DNA of 64,000 nt, taken from assembly GCA_963761305.1 (NCBI GenBank), contig CAVXGK010000001.1, forward strand, positions 1,600,001-1,664,000, given 5' to 3'. Origin of the DNA: an uncultured Gemmatimonadaceae bacterium. Lineage in GTDB: Bacteria; Gemmatimonadota; Gemmatimonadetes; Gemmatimonadales; Gemmatimonadaceae. The notes beneath the pieces were generated by a model. The model ran no database searches. It saw only the letters and a program-made list of their open reading frames with translations, and was not told the origin of the DNA. The translations under genes and the position numbers were made by a program. Positions 28,062-36,812 of this stretch are shown piece after piece (position 1 is the stretch's first letter; every line of letters begins with the position of its first letter).

Positions 28062-30299
28062 ATGGCCGTTCTCGGAGACCGGGAGCTCGCCGGTCTCCTC
28101 TCAGCGATCGCCGAGGCGCCGGACATATCCGCCGCGACGTCGCATCTGCTCGCGCAGCTTGCCGATCTCACGGCTGCGCGACGAGCGGTCATGCTCAAGC
28201 TCGACCCCGCACAGCACAGCCTGGTAGCGGTCGCGAGCCTCGGATTTGGCGACGCGCCGCCGTCATTCAGCATCTCGCTGGGCGACCTCTCCAGTCCGCT
28301 CGTCATCAGCGCGTTGAGCCTCGTCCCGATGCAGAGCGGCTCCGAGATCGGGCTGCAGGCGCTCGACAGAATGACGCCGTGGATCGCCCTCCCGATGTCG
28401 CAGCCGTTGCAGCGAGGATCGCTCGAGGTCATGAAGCGCGACCGCGCCGCGGAACTGATCGCGTCACGGCCCGTGACGATGCGCGCGCCACCCGAGCATC
28501 GCGTGGCGGCGGCGCCGGCCGGCTGCGTCGTCCTCTCGGGCGAGTTCGACGACGCGACGACCGCCGCCGCGATCGAGTTGGTCATGCTCGCGAGTCCGAT
28601 CGTCGCGCGCGTCGCGGCGCTGCACGAGACGAGCGAGGCGGCAATCCGTCTTTCGCAGCATCGAGAGAGACTGACGCTCGTCGTCGAGTCGCTTCCCGAC
28701 CCCGTCGTGATCACGAACGCGGCGAACGACATCGTCGTCCAGAATCACCGCGCCGAGCGTCTGCTCCAGGCGCGCGACAACGATTCGGTCGGACGTCGGC
28801 GCGCGGTCGAGTTGAACAACCTGCTGCTCACCGCGTTCCTGTCCAAGGCGGCGATGAGCGGCGGCGTGCAACACGGACCGCGCGAGTTGAATCTCGTCGA
28901 CCCGGACGAAGGCAACGACCTCCTGTTCGAGGTGCTGGCGCACCCGCTCGGCGACCGCGCCGGTCCGGACGAGTCGGTTCTCTCCGTGCTGCGCGACGTG
29001 ACCGATCTGCGCCGCGCGGCGAATGAGCTCGAGCGTCAGGTTCAGCGCGTGCGCCAAGCGGAGATCAGCGTCCGCGGCGAGCGCGATCGTCTCAATCTCG
29101 TCCTCGAGAACGTGGCCGATCCGATCCTGGTCACCGACGAGCGGTCGAACATCATTTTGATGAACGATCAGGCCGAGATGCTGTTCCAGGTGAGCGAGTC
29201 CGAGCCGCGCACGCGCCGCGAGTTGGCCAACGTTCGCGGGAACGACACGAAGTTCACGTCGTTCATCTCCGAGTTCGCGATGCAGGACGACGATTCGCGC
29301 CGGGAGCGAATGACGCTCGTCTACCCGCGCTCCGGGACGAGCCTGCCCGTCGAAGTCGTGTCGGGCAAGGTCAAGAACGAACGCGGCGAGCCGATCGCCG
29401 TCGTCTCGGTGCTGCACGATCTTACCAAGCAGGTGGAGAACGAGCGGCTCTACGACGCACTAAAAAAGCTTAATTCCGAGCTCGAACGCCGCATCCGCGA
29501 CGCGACCGCCGATCTCGCCGACCAGAACGCGCGACTGCAGTGGCAGTCGCAAGAGGTCGAGCGCGCCAACAAGCTCAAATCGGAGTTCCTTGCCAGCATG
29601 TCCCACGAGCTGCGCACGCCGATCAACGCGCTCATCGGCTACTCGGCGCTGCTGCTCGACGGCGTGCTGGGCGAGGTGAATACCCGCCAGCACGACGCGC
29701 TGATGCGAGGCCGCGCGGCCGCCGAGCACCTGCTCGCGTTGATCAACGACATCCTCGACCTGGCCAAGATCGAGGCGGGCAAGATGCCGCTGCGCCTCGA
29801 GGAAGTCTCGCTCCGCGAGGTTACGCTCGAGGTCACGCAGCAGATCGAGCCGATGGTGCGGAAGAAGCAGCTCGAGTTCAAGATGGATATCGCTCCCGAC
29901 TGCCCGCCGATCTACTCCGATCGTACCAAAGTGAAGCAGATCCTGCTCAATCTGCTGTCGAACGCCGTGAAGTTCACCAATCGCGGGCGTGTCACCGTCG
30001 AAGCACATCGGGCGGTGGATGGGGTCCGCATCGACGTCGTGGACACGGGCATCGGCATTCGGGCGTCGGACCTCCAGGCCATCTGGGAGGACTTCCGCCA
30101 AGTCGACCAGTCGCGCACGCGTGAGTTCGGCGGAACTGGATTGGGACTCAGCATCACCCGCAAACTCCTGGATCGACTCGGCGGGTCGGTCGACGTGCGC
30201 AGCACCTATGGCGACGGGAGCACCTTCTCGGTGTATCTCCCCCTCCGCGTGCCGGCCGCGACGGCGTCAGAGTACGCCGTGATTGAGGTGTCAGGCTAG
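28062..30299 (+). CDS. Cytoplasmic sensor histidine kinase (GAF-like N-terminus, two PAS, HisKA, HATPase)
   Basis: LPDPVVITN and VADPILVTD PAS starts; SHELRTP; NLLSNAVKF; DTGIG; GGTGLGL; 21 nt after gvpA. Confidence 0.92.
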   Translation: MAVLGDRELAGLLSAIAEAPDISAATSHLLAQLADLTAARRAVMLKLDPAQHSLVAVASLGFGDAPPSFSISLGDLSSPLVISALSLVPMQSGSEIGLQALDRMTPWIALPMSQPLQRGSLEVMKRDRAAELIASRPVTMRAPPEHRVAAAPAGCVVLSGEFDDATTAAAIELVMLASPIVARVAALHETSEAAIRLSQHRERLTLVVESLPDPVVITNAANDIVVQNHRAERLLQARDNDSVGRRRAVELNNLLLTAFLSKAAMSGGVQHGPRELNLVDPDEGNDLLFEVLAHPLGDRAGPDESVLSVLRDVTDLRRAANELERQVQRVRQAEISVRGERDRLNLVLENVADPILVTDERSNIILMNDQAEMLFQVSESEPRTRRELANVRGNDTKFTSFISEFAMQDDDSRRERMTLVYPRSGTSLPVEVVSGKVKNERGEPIAVVSVLHDLTKQVENERLYDALKKLNSELERRIRDATADLADQNARLQWQSQEVERANKLKSEFLASMSHELRTPINALIGYSALLLDGVLGEVNTRQHDALMRGRAAAEHLLALINDILDLAKIEAGKMPLRLEEVSLREVTLEVTQQIEPMVRKKQLEFKMDIAPDCPPIYSDRTKVKQILLNLLSNAVKFTNRGRVTVEAHRAVDGVRIDVVDTGIGIRASDLQAIWEDFRQVDQSRTREFGGTGLGLSITRKLLDRLGGSVDVRSTYGDGSTFSVYLPLRVPAATASEYAVIEVSG

Positions 30300-30310
30300 C
30301 GGGGTGGCAT

Positions 30311-30525
30311 CCCGCGCGCGTTGGGGAGTGCGCGGGGGCGCGGTGCGGAAACGTGGGACGCGTGCGGGGGCTGGGGCGGGGCCGGAGGCTCGGGATGAGT
30401 GCGGTGTGCGGTGTTAGGGCTTTGGTCCCCCCGCACTCGGCCACCGATCCCGTTCCGAGTCTCCGCACCCCGGCGCCGCTCCCGTTCCAGGTCCCCGTAC
30501 CCCGCCGCCTCACCCCGCACGCGGG
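30311..30525. repeat. Long imperfect inverted repeat (G-rich arm / C-rich arm)
   Basis: CCCGCGCGCG..GGGG outer arm versus CCCCGCACGCGGG; GGAGGCTCGG versus CCGAGTCTCC; GAGTGCGG versus CCGCACTC. Confidence 0.6.
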
Positions 30526-30631
30526 CGAAACTGAGGCGTAACATCGGGGTACTTAACTCCGTCCATAGAGTGAACCTGTTTCGGGGATGGTGCTCATGTT
30601 CGGCTCGTCAGTTGCGGCGCGTGGCTCCTCG

Positions 30632-31507
30632 ATGCGGTGGGCCGTCATCGGCCTCACGCTCGGCCTCTGTGCGGCATGTTCGGATAAGGAAGCGGCGTCC
30701 CGCGCCGGCGGCGACTCGTCGCTAGCGCGCGACTTGGCGCTCGCGAATTCACAAGGCGCGACACCGCCGCAGTTGCAGGACACGGCGACCGCGCCGGCTC
30801 CCACTCCCGCGAGCCATGCGCAACGCGAGGATCGTCCGGCGCCGGTGCGTACGCACACGGCACGGCGACCCCAGGTCGAGCAGCCGCCGCAGCAGTCGCG
30901 TGCGGCTCCGCCCAGTGTGCAGACGCCGCCGGTGATGCCGGCTCCGGCTCCGTCGACGCTTCCGGCGGCGATGCCGGCCGCGGCCCCGTCGCGTGGTGAG
31001 ATCGGGTCCGGCTCGACGTTCGCGCTCACGAACGGCACGAAGGTCTGCACGTCGAACGTGCCGGGCGACAAGATCGTCGCGACGCTCAACGAGTCCGTCA
31101 CCGGTTCGAACGGCGCCGTGATTCCGTCGGGCTCCACGGTCGTGCTCGAGGTGGCGTCGGTCACGCCCGGCGACAACGGCACCGATCCGAAGATCGCGCT
31201 GCGTGTGAAGAGCGTCGTGGTGAGCGACAAGACGTATCCGGTGTCGGGCGACGTCACGCCACTCGCACCACTCGACAAGACGAAGATCGCCGACGGCGGA
31301 ACGGACAAGACGAAGGTCGTCGGCGGCGCGATCGCCGGCGCGATTCTCGGCCAGATGATCGGCCACAACACCAAGGGCACGCTGATCGGCGCGGCCGCGG
31401 GTGCCGCGACTGGCGCCGCGGTCGGCCATCAGGGCGAGCAGTGGGCGGCGTGCTTGCCCGCCGGCGCTCCAATGAGACTGACGCTGTCTTCGCCGATCAT
31501 GATGTAG
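30632..31507 (+). CDS. Putative lipoprotein with Pro-rich linker and C-terminal glycine zipper
   Basis: LCAAC lipobox, DSSLARDLALA, GGAIAGAILG...GTLIGAAAGAATG; alternative start 30587. Confidence 0.75.
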   Translation: MRWAVIGLTLGLCAACSDKEAASRAGGDSSLARDLALANSQGATPPQLQDTATAPAPTPASHAQREDRPAPVRTHTARRPQVEQPPQQSRAAPPSVQTPPVMPAPAPSTLPAAMPAAAPSRGEIGSGSTFALTNGTKVCTSNVPGDKIVATLNESVTGSNGAVIPSGSTVVLEVASVTPGDNGTDPKIALRVKSVVVSDKTYPVSGDVTPLAPLDKTKIADGGTDKTKVVGGAIAGAILGQMIGHNTKGTLIGAAAGAATGAAVGHQGEQWAACLPAGAPMRLTLSSPIMM

Positions 31508-31553
31508 GCTCGGCTGGCTGCCGATCGGCTACGGCTGACGGCTATCGGACATT

Positions 31554-31590
31554 GCAAACGGCTCGGCTGACGGTCAGCCGAGCCGTTTGC
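31554..31590. terminator. Perfect 18-bp inverted repeat (terminator or REP-like), preceded by short GGCT-containing repeats
   Basis: GCAAACGGCTCGGCTGAC-G-GTCAGCCGAGCCGTTTGC. Confidence 0.6.
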
Positions 31591-31645
31591 TGTCGACTCC
31601 AGATGATTGCCGTACCTTACCGCCGTGAGCCGAGAGCCGCCTCCC

Positions 31646-34600
31646 GTGAGCAGCGTTTTTTCGCAGACGGAATTCCACCCGCTCGTTCGTGCCTGGTTCG
31701 AGGAATCGCTCGGCGCGCCGAGCGCGCCGCAGCGCGAGGGGTGGCCGGCGATCGCGAGTGGATCGCACACGCTGATCCTCGCGCCGACAGGCACCGGTAA
31801 GACCCTCACGGCGTTTCTCTGGGAGCTGAATCAGCTGATCGTTGACGGCGCCGCGGCGCCACTCCCGAACGCGGTCCAGATCCTCTACGTCTCGCCGCTC
31901 AAGGCGCTGAACAACGACATCCAGCGCAACCTCGAGCGCCCGCTCACCGAGCTGCGCGAGCGCTTCGAGGCGGCCGGTGAGCCGTTCCCGGAGATCCGCG
32001 TCGCCGTCCGCACCGGCGACACGCCGCAGTCGGCGCGGGCGCGCATGCTCCGCAAGTCGCCGCACATCCTCATCACGACGCCCGAGTCGTTGCACATCAT
32101 GCTGACGACGGTGCGCGGTCGTGGGATGTTCAGCGGCGTTCGCGCGGTGATCGTCGACGAGATCCACGCGATCGCGGGGAGCAAGCGCGGGGTGCACCTC
32201 GCGCTCACGCTCGAACGTCTCGACCGCCTCTGCGACGAGCCGCCGCAGCGCATCGGACTGTCGGCCACGCAGCGCCCGCTCGACGAGATCGCACGATTCC
32301 TCGTCGGCCAGGACACGAGCGCGGCGGGCGACACGACGCCGCGGCCGTGCACGATCGTCGACTGCGGGCTCGTGAAGCGCATCGAGCTGGCTGTCGAGTC
32401 TCCGGTCGAAGATCTCGCGCACGTCGGCGGCACGATCTGGACGTCGGTGACGCCGCTCGTGCTGCGGCACATGGCCGGCGCGCGCACGACGCTCATCTTC
32501 GTCAACAATCGCGCGCAAGCCGAGAAGATGGCGGCGCGCGTCAACGCGCTCGCCGGTGAGGAGATCGCGCTTCCGTACCATGGATCGCTGTCTCGCGAGC
32601 GACGGCTCATTCTCGAACAGTCGTTGAAGGCGGGCCGCCTTCGAGCACTCGTCAGCACGAGCGCGCTCGAGTTGGGAATCGACATCGGCTCGATCGATCT
32701 CGTGTTGCAACTGCAGTCGCCCAAGCGCGTGGCCAACGGACTACAGCGCGTCGGCCGCGCCGGACACACACTCGATGCCGTGAGCCGCGGCGTGTTCGTG
32801 CCGACGTTCCGCGACGACGCGCTCGAGATGCTGGCCATCGTGCGCTCCATGCGCGCCGGCGACGTCGAACCGACGCGCGTCGTGCAGAACGCGCTCGACG
32901 TGCTGGCCCAGGTGATCGTCGCCGCCGTGTCGATCGACGACGATTGGACGAGCGCGTCGCTCTTCGATCTCGTCCGACGCTCGTATCCGTACCACGCCCT
33001 GACACGCACGGCGTTCGACGAAGTGCTGGAGATGTTGTCGGGGAAGTATCCGGCCGACGTCGCGTCGGAGCTGGATGCTCGTCTCGCATGGGATCGCGTC
33101 AGCGACGCGCTCACCGCGTCGCGCAGCGCGCGCATGGTCGCCGTGATTTCCGGCGGCACGATTCCCGACCGCGGCCTCTACACGGTCAATCTCCTCGATC
33201 GCACGCGGCTCGGCGAATTGGACGAGGAGTTCGTGCACGAAACACGCGTCGGCGACGTGTTTCAGTTGGGCTCCTCGACGTGGCGCGTCAACACGATCGA
33301 GCACGACCGCGTGATCGTCACGCCGGCGCCGGGCGCACCCGCTCGAATGCCCTTCTGGCACGGCGAGTACGCGGCCCGCTCCTCGCATCTCGCGCCGGCG
33401 ATAGGCGAGCTGCGTCGTCAGCTGGATTCCGCTCGCACGCCGCAAGCCGTCGATGAGATCGCCGCTCAATACGGCAGCGACCGGGCGACGGCGCAATCGC
33501 TCGTCGAGTACGTGCACGAGCAGCGGGCCGCTACCGGCGCCGTGCCGGACGATCGCTCACTCGTCGTCGAGCAGTTCCGCGACGAGACGAACGCCGTTCG
33601 CGTCGTGATTCACGCGCCGTTCGGCGGGCGGGTCAACGCGCCGTGGGGAATGGCGCTGGCGCACCGCGCACGCGAAGTGCTCGGCCACGGCGCTGTGGTG
33701 CAGGTGCAGACGACCGACGACGGCGTCATGCTCCGTTTTCCGGACATGCGAGACTGGCTGCCGCTCTCGCTCGTCTCCGACATGACCGCCGGCGAAGCTC
33801 AGCGGCGCATGCTCGACGAAGTGGGATCGACGTCGCTCTTCGGCGCGCGGTTTCGCGTGAACGCCGCACGCGCGCTTCTGTTGCCTCGCGGTACGGCTCG
33901 TCGGCGCATGCCGCTCTGGCTGCAGCGGCTCAAAGCGCGCGACCTGCTCGACGCGGTGCGCGAGTATCCGTCCTTTCCGATTCTCGTCGAGACGTATCGC
34001 GACGTGTTGCAGGACGCGTTCGACGTGCCGGCGCTCACGCGCATGCTCGACGACCTCGCCAGCGGAGCGATCGGTCTGCGCTCCGTACAAATACAGGTGC
34101 CGTCGCCGTTCGCGTCGTCTCTGCAGCTCGGCTTCGTCATGGATTGGATGTACGCCGACGACACGCCGCACGCCGAGCAGCGCGCCGCACTGCTCTCGCT
34201 CGACCGCGCGCTCCTCGACGAGCTGCTCGGCACGGAGGGCGCCGACGCCGAAACGCTGGTCACGCTGGAAGCGATGCTCGCGCGGCGTCGCGGCACCGCG
34301 CTCGGCGCGCGTGCGCGCACGGCCGACGAGCTGGCGATCCTCCTCGACCGCGCCGGCGATCTCTCACTCGCCGAGTTGCGCGACCGAACCGCCGAGGAAG
34401 CCGAGGGAAGAAGGGGCGATCCGCTCGGCGATTTGCTCGATCGCGGCCGTATCGTGCCTGTTGCGATTCCAGGAGGATCGCGACCTGTAGAAAGTCGTTA
34501 CGCGCTCGCCGAGACGGTGACCCGTTACACAGATGCATTCGGCGAGCAGTCGCCGACACGTAAAGCGGCGCAGCGCGAGATCCTCGTTCGGTTCATCTCG

Positions 34601-36154
34601 CTCGCCGGTGCCGTGTCGGTCGACGACGCGCTTCGCCGATACGCGTTCGAGCCGAGCTGGGTCCGCGAGCAGTTCGACGACTGGACGAGAAGCGGCCGAC
34701 TGGTGCGCGGCAAATTCGGCGGCGACGCTACGGATCGCTGGTGCTCTCGCCGCTTGCTCGAGCAAGCGCGCCGGCGCGAGCTGGCACAGGCGCGCAAACA
34801 GATTCAAGCCGTCGACCTCGAGCGCTTTTCGCGATTCATGCTTCGCTGGCAGCACGTCGCCCCGTCCGCGCGACTCGGCGACGATGACGCCACGACGCGC
34901 GCCGCGCGGCAGCTGTACGGCCTGTCGCGCCCCGCCGATTTGTGGGAGCGTGAACTGCTCCCCGCGCGCGTCGAGAACTACGACCAGACGGCGATCGCGC
35001 GTCTGATCGCGGCCGGCGAGTTGGTATGGGTCGGCGGCGGCGCACCCACCGCGGCCGACGAAGCGCCCATCCTTTCGAACATTCGAATGGTGCGGCGCGG
35101 CACCGGACGCGCATGGCTGCCCGAGTCGGCGCCGCCGATCGGCGAAGCCGCGACGACGACTCTCGAGGCGCTGACGCGAACGGGCGCCGTGTTTTTCGAC
35201 GAGCTGCTGACCGAGACCTCGTTCTCGGCGCGCAAGCTGCGCGACGCGTTGCGCGAGTTGGTCGGCGCCGGACTCGTCACGAACGACACGATCGACGCGA
35301 TGCGCGCCGTGGTGCGATGGCGACCGCTCGTCTCGCCGCGTGAACGCACGCGCCCCGATCCGACGCGATGGCTGCCGCCGGAGTTCACGCCGTCGGCGAA
35401 CCGATACGTCGTGCAACGCCGCCCGAATTCGCGCCGCTTGCCTCGGTGGCGACGGCCGGATCTGCCCGGCGGCGACGCCGACACCTGGCCCGGCCGATGG
35501 TCGCTGGTGTCGACTCCGCGCGTGCTCGGCGCAGCTGGCGACGAGGCCGCGCTCGGCGAAGCAATCGCGCGGCAATGGCTCGACCGCTACGGCGTCGTCG
35601 CGCGGGAAATGTGGCGGCGCGAGCGGCCGCCGGTTCCGTGGCGAACGATCTACCGGGAGCTCAAGCGCCTCGAGTTCCGCGGCGACGTGCGTCGCGGGTA
35701 CTTCGTGCGCGGACTCTCAGGCGCACAGTTCGCGCTGCCGGAGGCCGTTGAGGCGTTGCGCGCCGACGACGGCGACGACGAGCCTATCGTGATCGCCGCC
35801 GCCGATCCGGCGAACGTGTTCCCGCTTCCGCTCGCGGGCGATCCAGCGCGCGACGCGTTCGTCCGGCCGCGGAGCTCGAGTGCGTTGCTGGTGGTGCTCG
35901 ATGGCCGCGTGCTGATGATCGCCGAACGGCGCGGTGCGCGCGTCGTCGTGCGTCCGGAGAGCGACGAGGCGAGCGTGACGCGCGCGGCCGCAGGTCTGGT
36001 ACGACACCTGTCGGCGCGAATTCGCCGCGACGTCGTTCTCGAAACGATCGACGGCCAGCCGGCGGCCACGAGCCCGCACGCTCAGGCCTTCGCCGCGGCG
36101 GGATTCAGGCGCGGCACGACCGAGCTCCGTCTCCTTCGGCGAAACGCGGTGTGA
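31646..36154 (+). CDS. lhr: Lhr-family long DEAD/DEAH helicase with C-terminal winged-helix (AlkZ/HTH_42-like) region
   Basis: APTGTGKT, YVSPLKALNNDI, TTPESL, DEIH, GLSAT, LELGIDIG, QRVGRAGH, GTIPDRG, RGYFVRGLSGAQFA; start could be GTG 31625 or 31646. Confidence 0.93.
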   Translation: MSSVFSQTEFHPLVRAWFEESLGAPSAPQREGWPAIASGSHTLILAPTGTGKTLTAFLWELNQLIVDGAAAPLPNAVQILYVSPLKALNNDIQRNLERPLTELRERFEAAGEPFPEIRVAVRTGDTPQSARARMLRKSPHILITTPESLHIMLTTVRGRGMFSGVRAVIVDEIHAIAGSKRGVHLALTLERLDRLCDEPPQRIGLSATQRPLDEIARFLVGQDTSAAGDTTPRPCTIVDCGLVKRIELAVESPVEDLAHVGGTIWTSVTPLVLRHMAGARTTLIFVNNRAQAEKMAARVNALAGEEIALPYHGSLSRERRLILEQSLKAGRLRALVSTSALELGIDIGSIDLVLQLQSPKRVANGLQRVGRAGHTLDAVSRGVFVPTFRDDALEMLAIVRSMRAGDVEPTRVVQNALDVLAQVIVAAVSIDDDWTSASLFDLVRRSYPYHALTRTAFDEVLEMLSGKYPADVASELDARLAWDRVSDALTASRSARMVAVISGGTIPDRGLYTVNLLDRTRLGELDEEFVHETRVGDVFQLGSSTWRVNTIEHDRVIVTPAPGAPARMPFWHGEYAARSSHLAPAIGELRRQLDSARTPQAVDEIAAQYGSDRATAQSLVEYVHEQRAATGAVPDDRSLVVEQFRDETNAVRVVIHAPFGGRVNAPWGMALAHRAREVLGHGAVVQVQTTDDGVMLRFPDMRDWLPLSLVSDMTAGEAQRRMLDEVGSTSLFGARFRVNAARALLLPRGTARRRMPLWLQRLKARDLLDAVREYPSFPILVETYRDVLQDAFDVPALTRMLDDLASGAIGLRSVQIQVPSPFASSLQLGFVMDWMYADDTPHAEQRAALLSLDRALLDELLGTEGADAETLVTLEAMLARRRGTALGARARTADELAILLDRAGDLSLAELRDRTAEEAEGRRGDPLGDLLDRGRIVPVAIPGGSRPVESRYALAETVTRYTDAFGEQSPTRKAAQREILVRFISLAGAVSVDDALRRYAFEPSWVREQFDDWTRSGRLVRGKFGGDATDRWCSRRLLEQARRRELAQARKQIQAVDLERFSRFMLRWQHVAPSARLGDDDATTRAARQLYGLSRPADLWERELLPARVENYDQTAIARLIAAGELVWVGGGAPTAADEAPILSNIRMVRRGTGRAWLPESAPPIGEAATTTLEALTRTGAVFFDELLTETSFSARKLRDALRELVGAGLVTNDTIDAMRAVVRWRPLVSPRERTRPDPTRWLPPEFTPSANRYVVQRRPNSRRLPRWRRPDLPGGDADTWPGRWSLVSTPRVLGAAGDEAALGEAIARQWLDRYGVVAREMWRRERPPVPWRTIYRELKRLEFRGDVRRGYFVRGLSGAQFALPEAVEALRADDGDDEPIVIAAADPANVFPLPLAGDPARDAFVRPRSSSALLVVLDGRVLMIAERRGARVVVRPESDEASVTRAAAGLVRHLSARIRRDVVLETIDGQPAATSPHAQAFAAAGFRRGTTELRLLRRNAV

Positions 36155-36169
36155 CCGACTCCAGTTTTT

Positions 36170-36570
36170 CGACAGACGCCTTTGCAACGCCGGCAGATCC
36201 CTTTCCCGCCCGACAGACGCCTTTACGGCGCCGATACCGACCACTTCCGACTCGATAGCAGCCTCTTCGCAGCGAACGGCATCCTTGTCTGCGCGTTCAC
36301 CGAGCACTTCGCATCGTGCAGCTTCGTTTTCCGTCCGTTTTTCCGTCGTGTCCCCATGCTTCTCAGCCTTTGCGGCGCGTCCACCGCCTTTCCCTCGCGG
36401 TTACCCTCCTCTCCTTCCCATTCATCGACCATTACGCGCCGCGCAGCATCCTGTCCCGAGCGGATAGCACCCACGTCCAGCCGTGCAGCGACCATCTCCG
36501 GCCGGGCACGCCACTGCTCCGAGTCGATCGCCCACTCCACGCGTTGCGCGGCGTATTCCGCGAGCCGGTA
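36170..36570. repeat. Degenerate ~21-bp-periodic array in the convergent lhr/S53 gap
   Basis: CGACAGACGCCTTT exact at 36170 and 36211; phased 21-mers at 36232-36336 and 36441-36545. Confidence 0.5.
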
Positions 36571-36812
36571 CGCGAGTCCACAGCCTCTACCGCTCATTTC
36601 ACGACGCCGAAACCGGCGGCGACCACTTCACCACGGGAGAGTTCCATCCACTTCGCATGCCGTTCCGCGCCGTTGACGTGGTGCTCCAAACAGCTCACGC
36701 GCATCTCGACTGCGGTTCACAGTTTCGCGCTCCGACAGAAAAAACGAACGTTGTTGGTCGAAGGAGTCTCGACCAACAACGTTCGTTTTTCTCGTCCTAC
36801 CGCGGTTAGCCG

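Noticed and set aside
36170..36790. CRISPR array
   Set aside because: No constant repeat separated by unique spacers, and no cas genes in the window.
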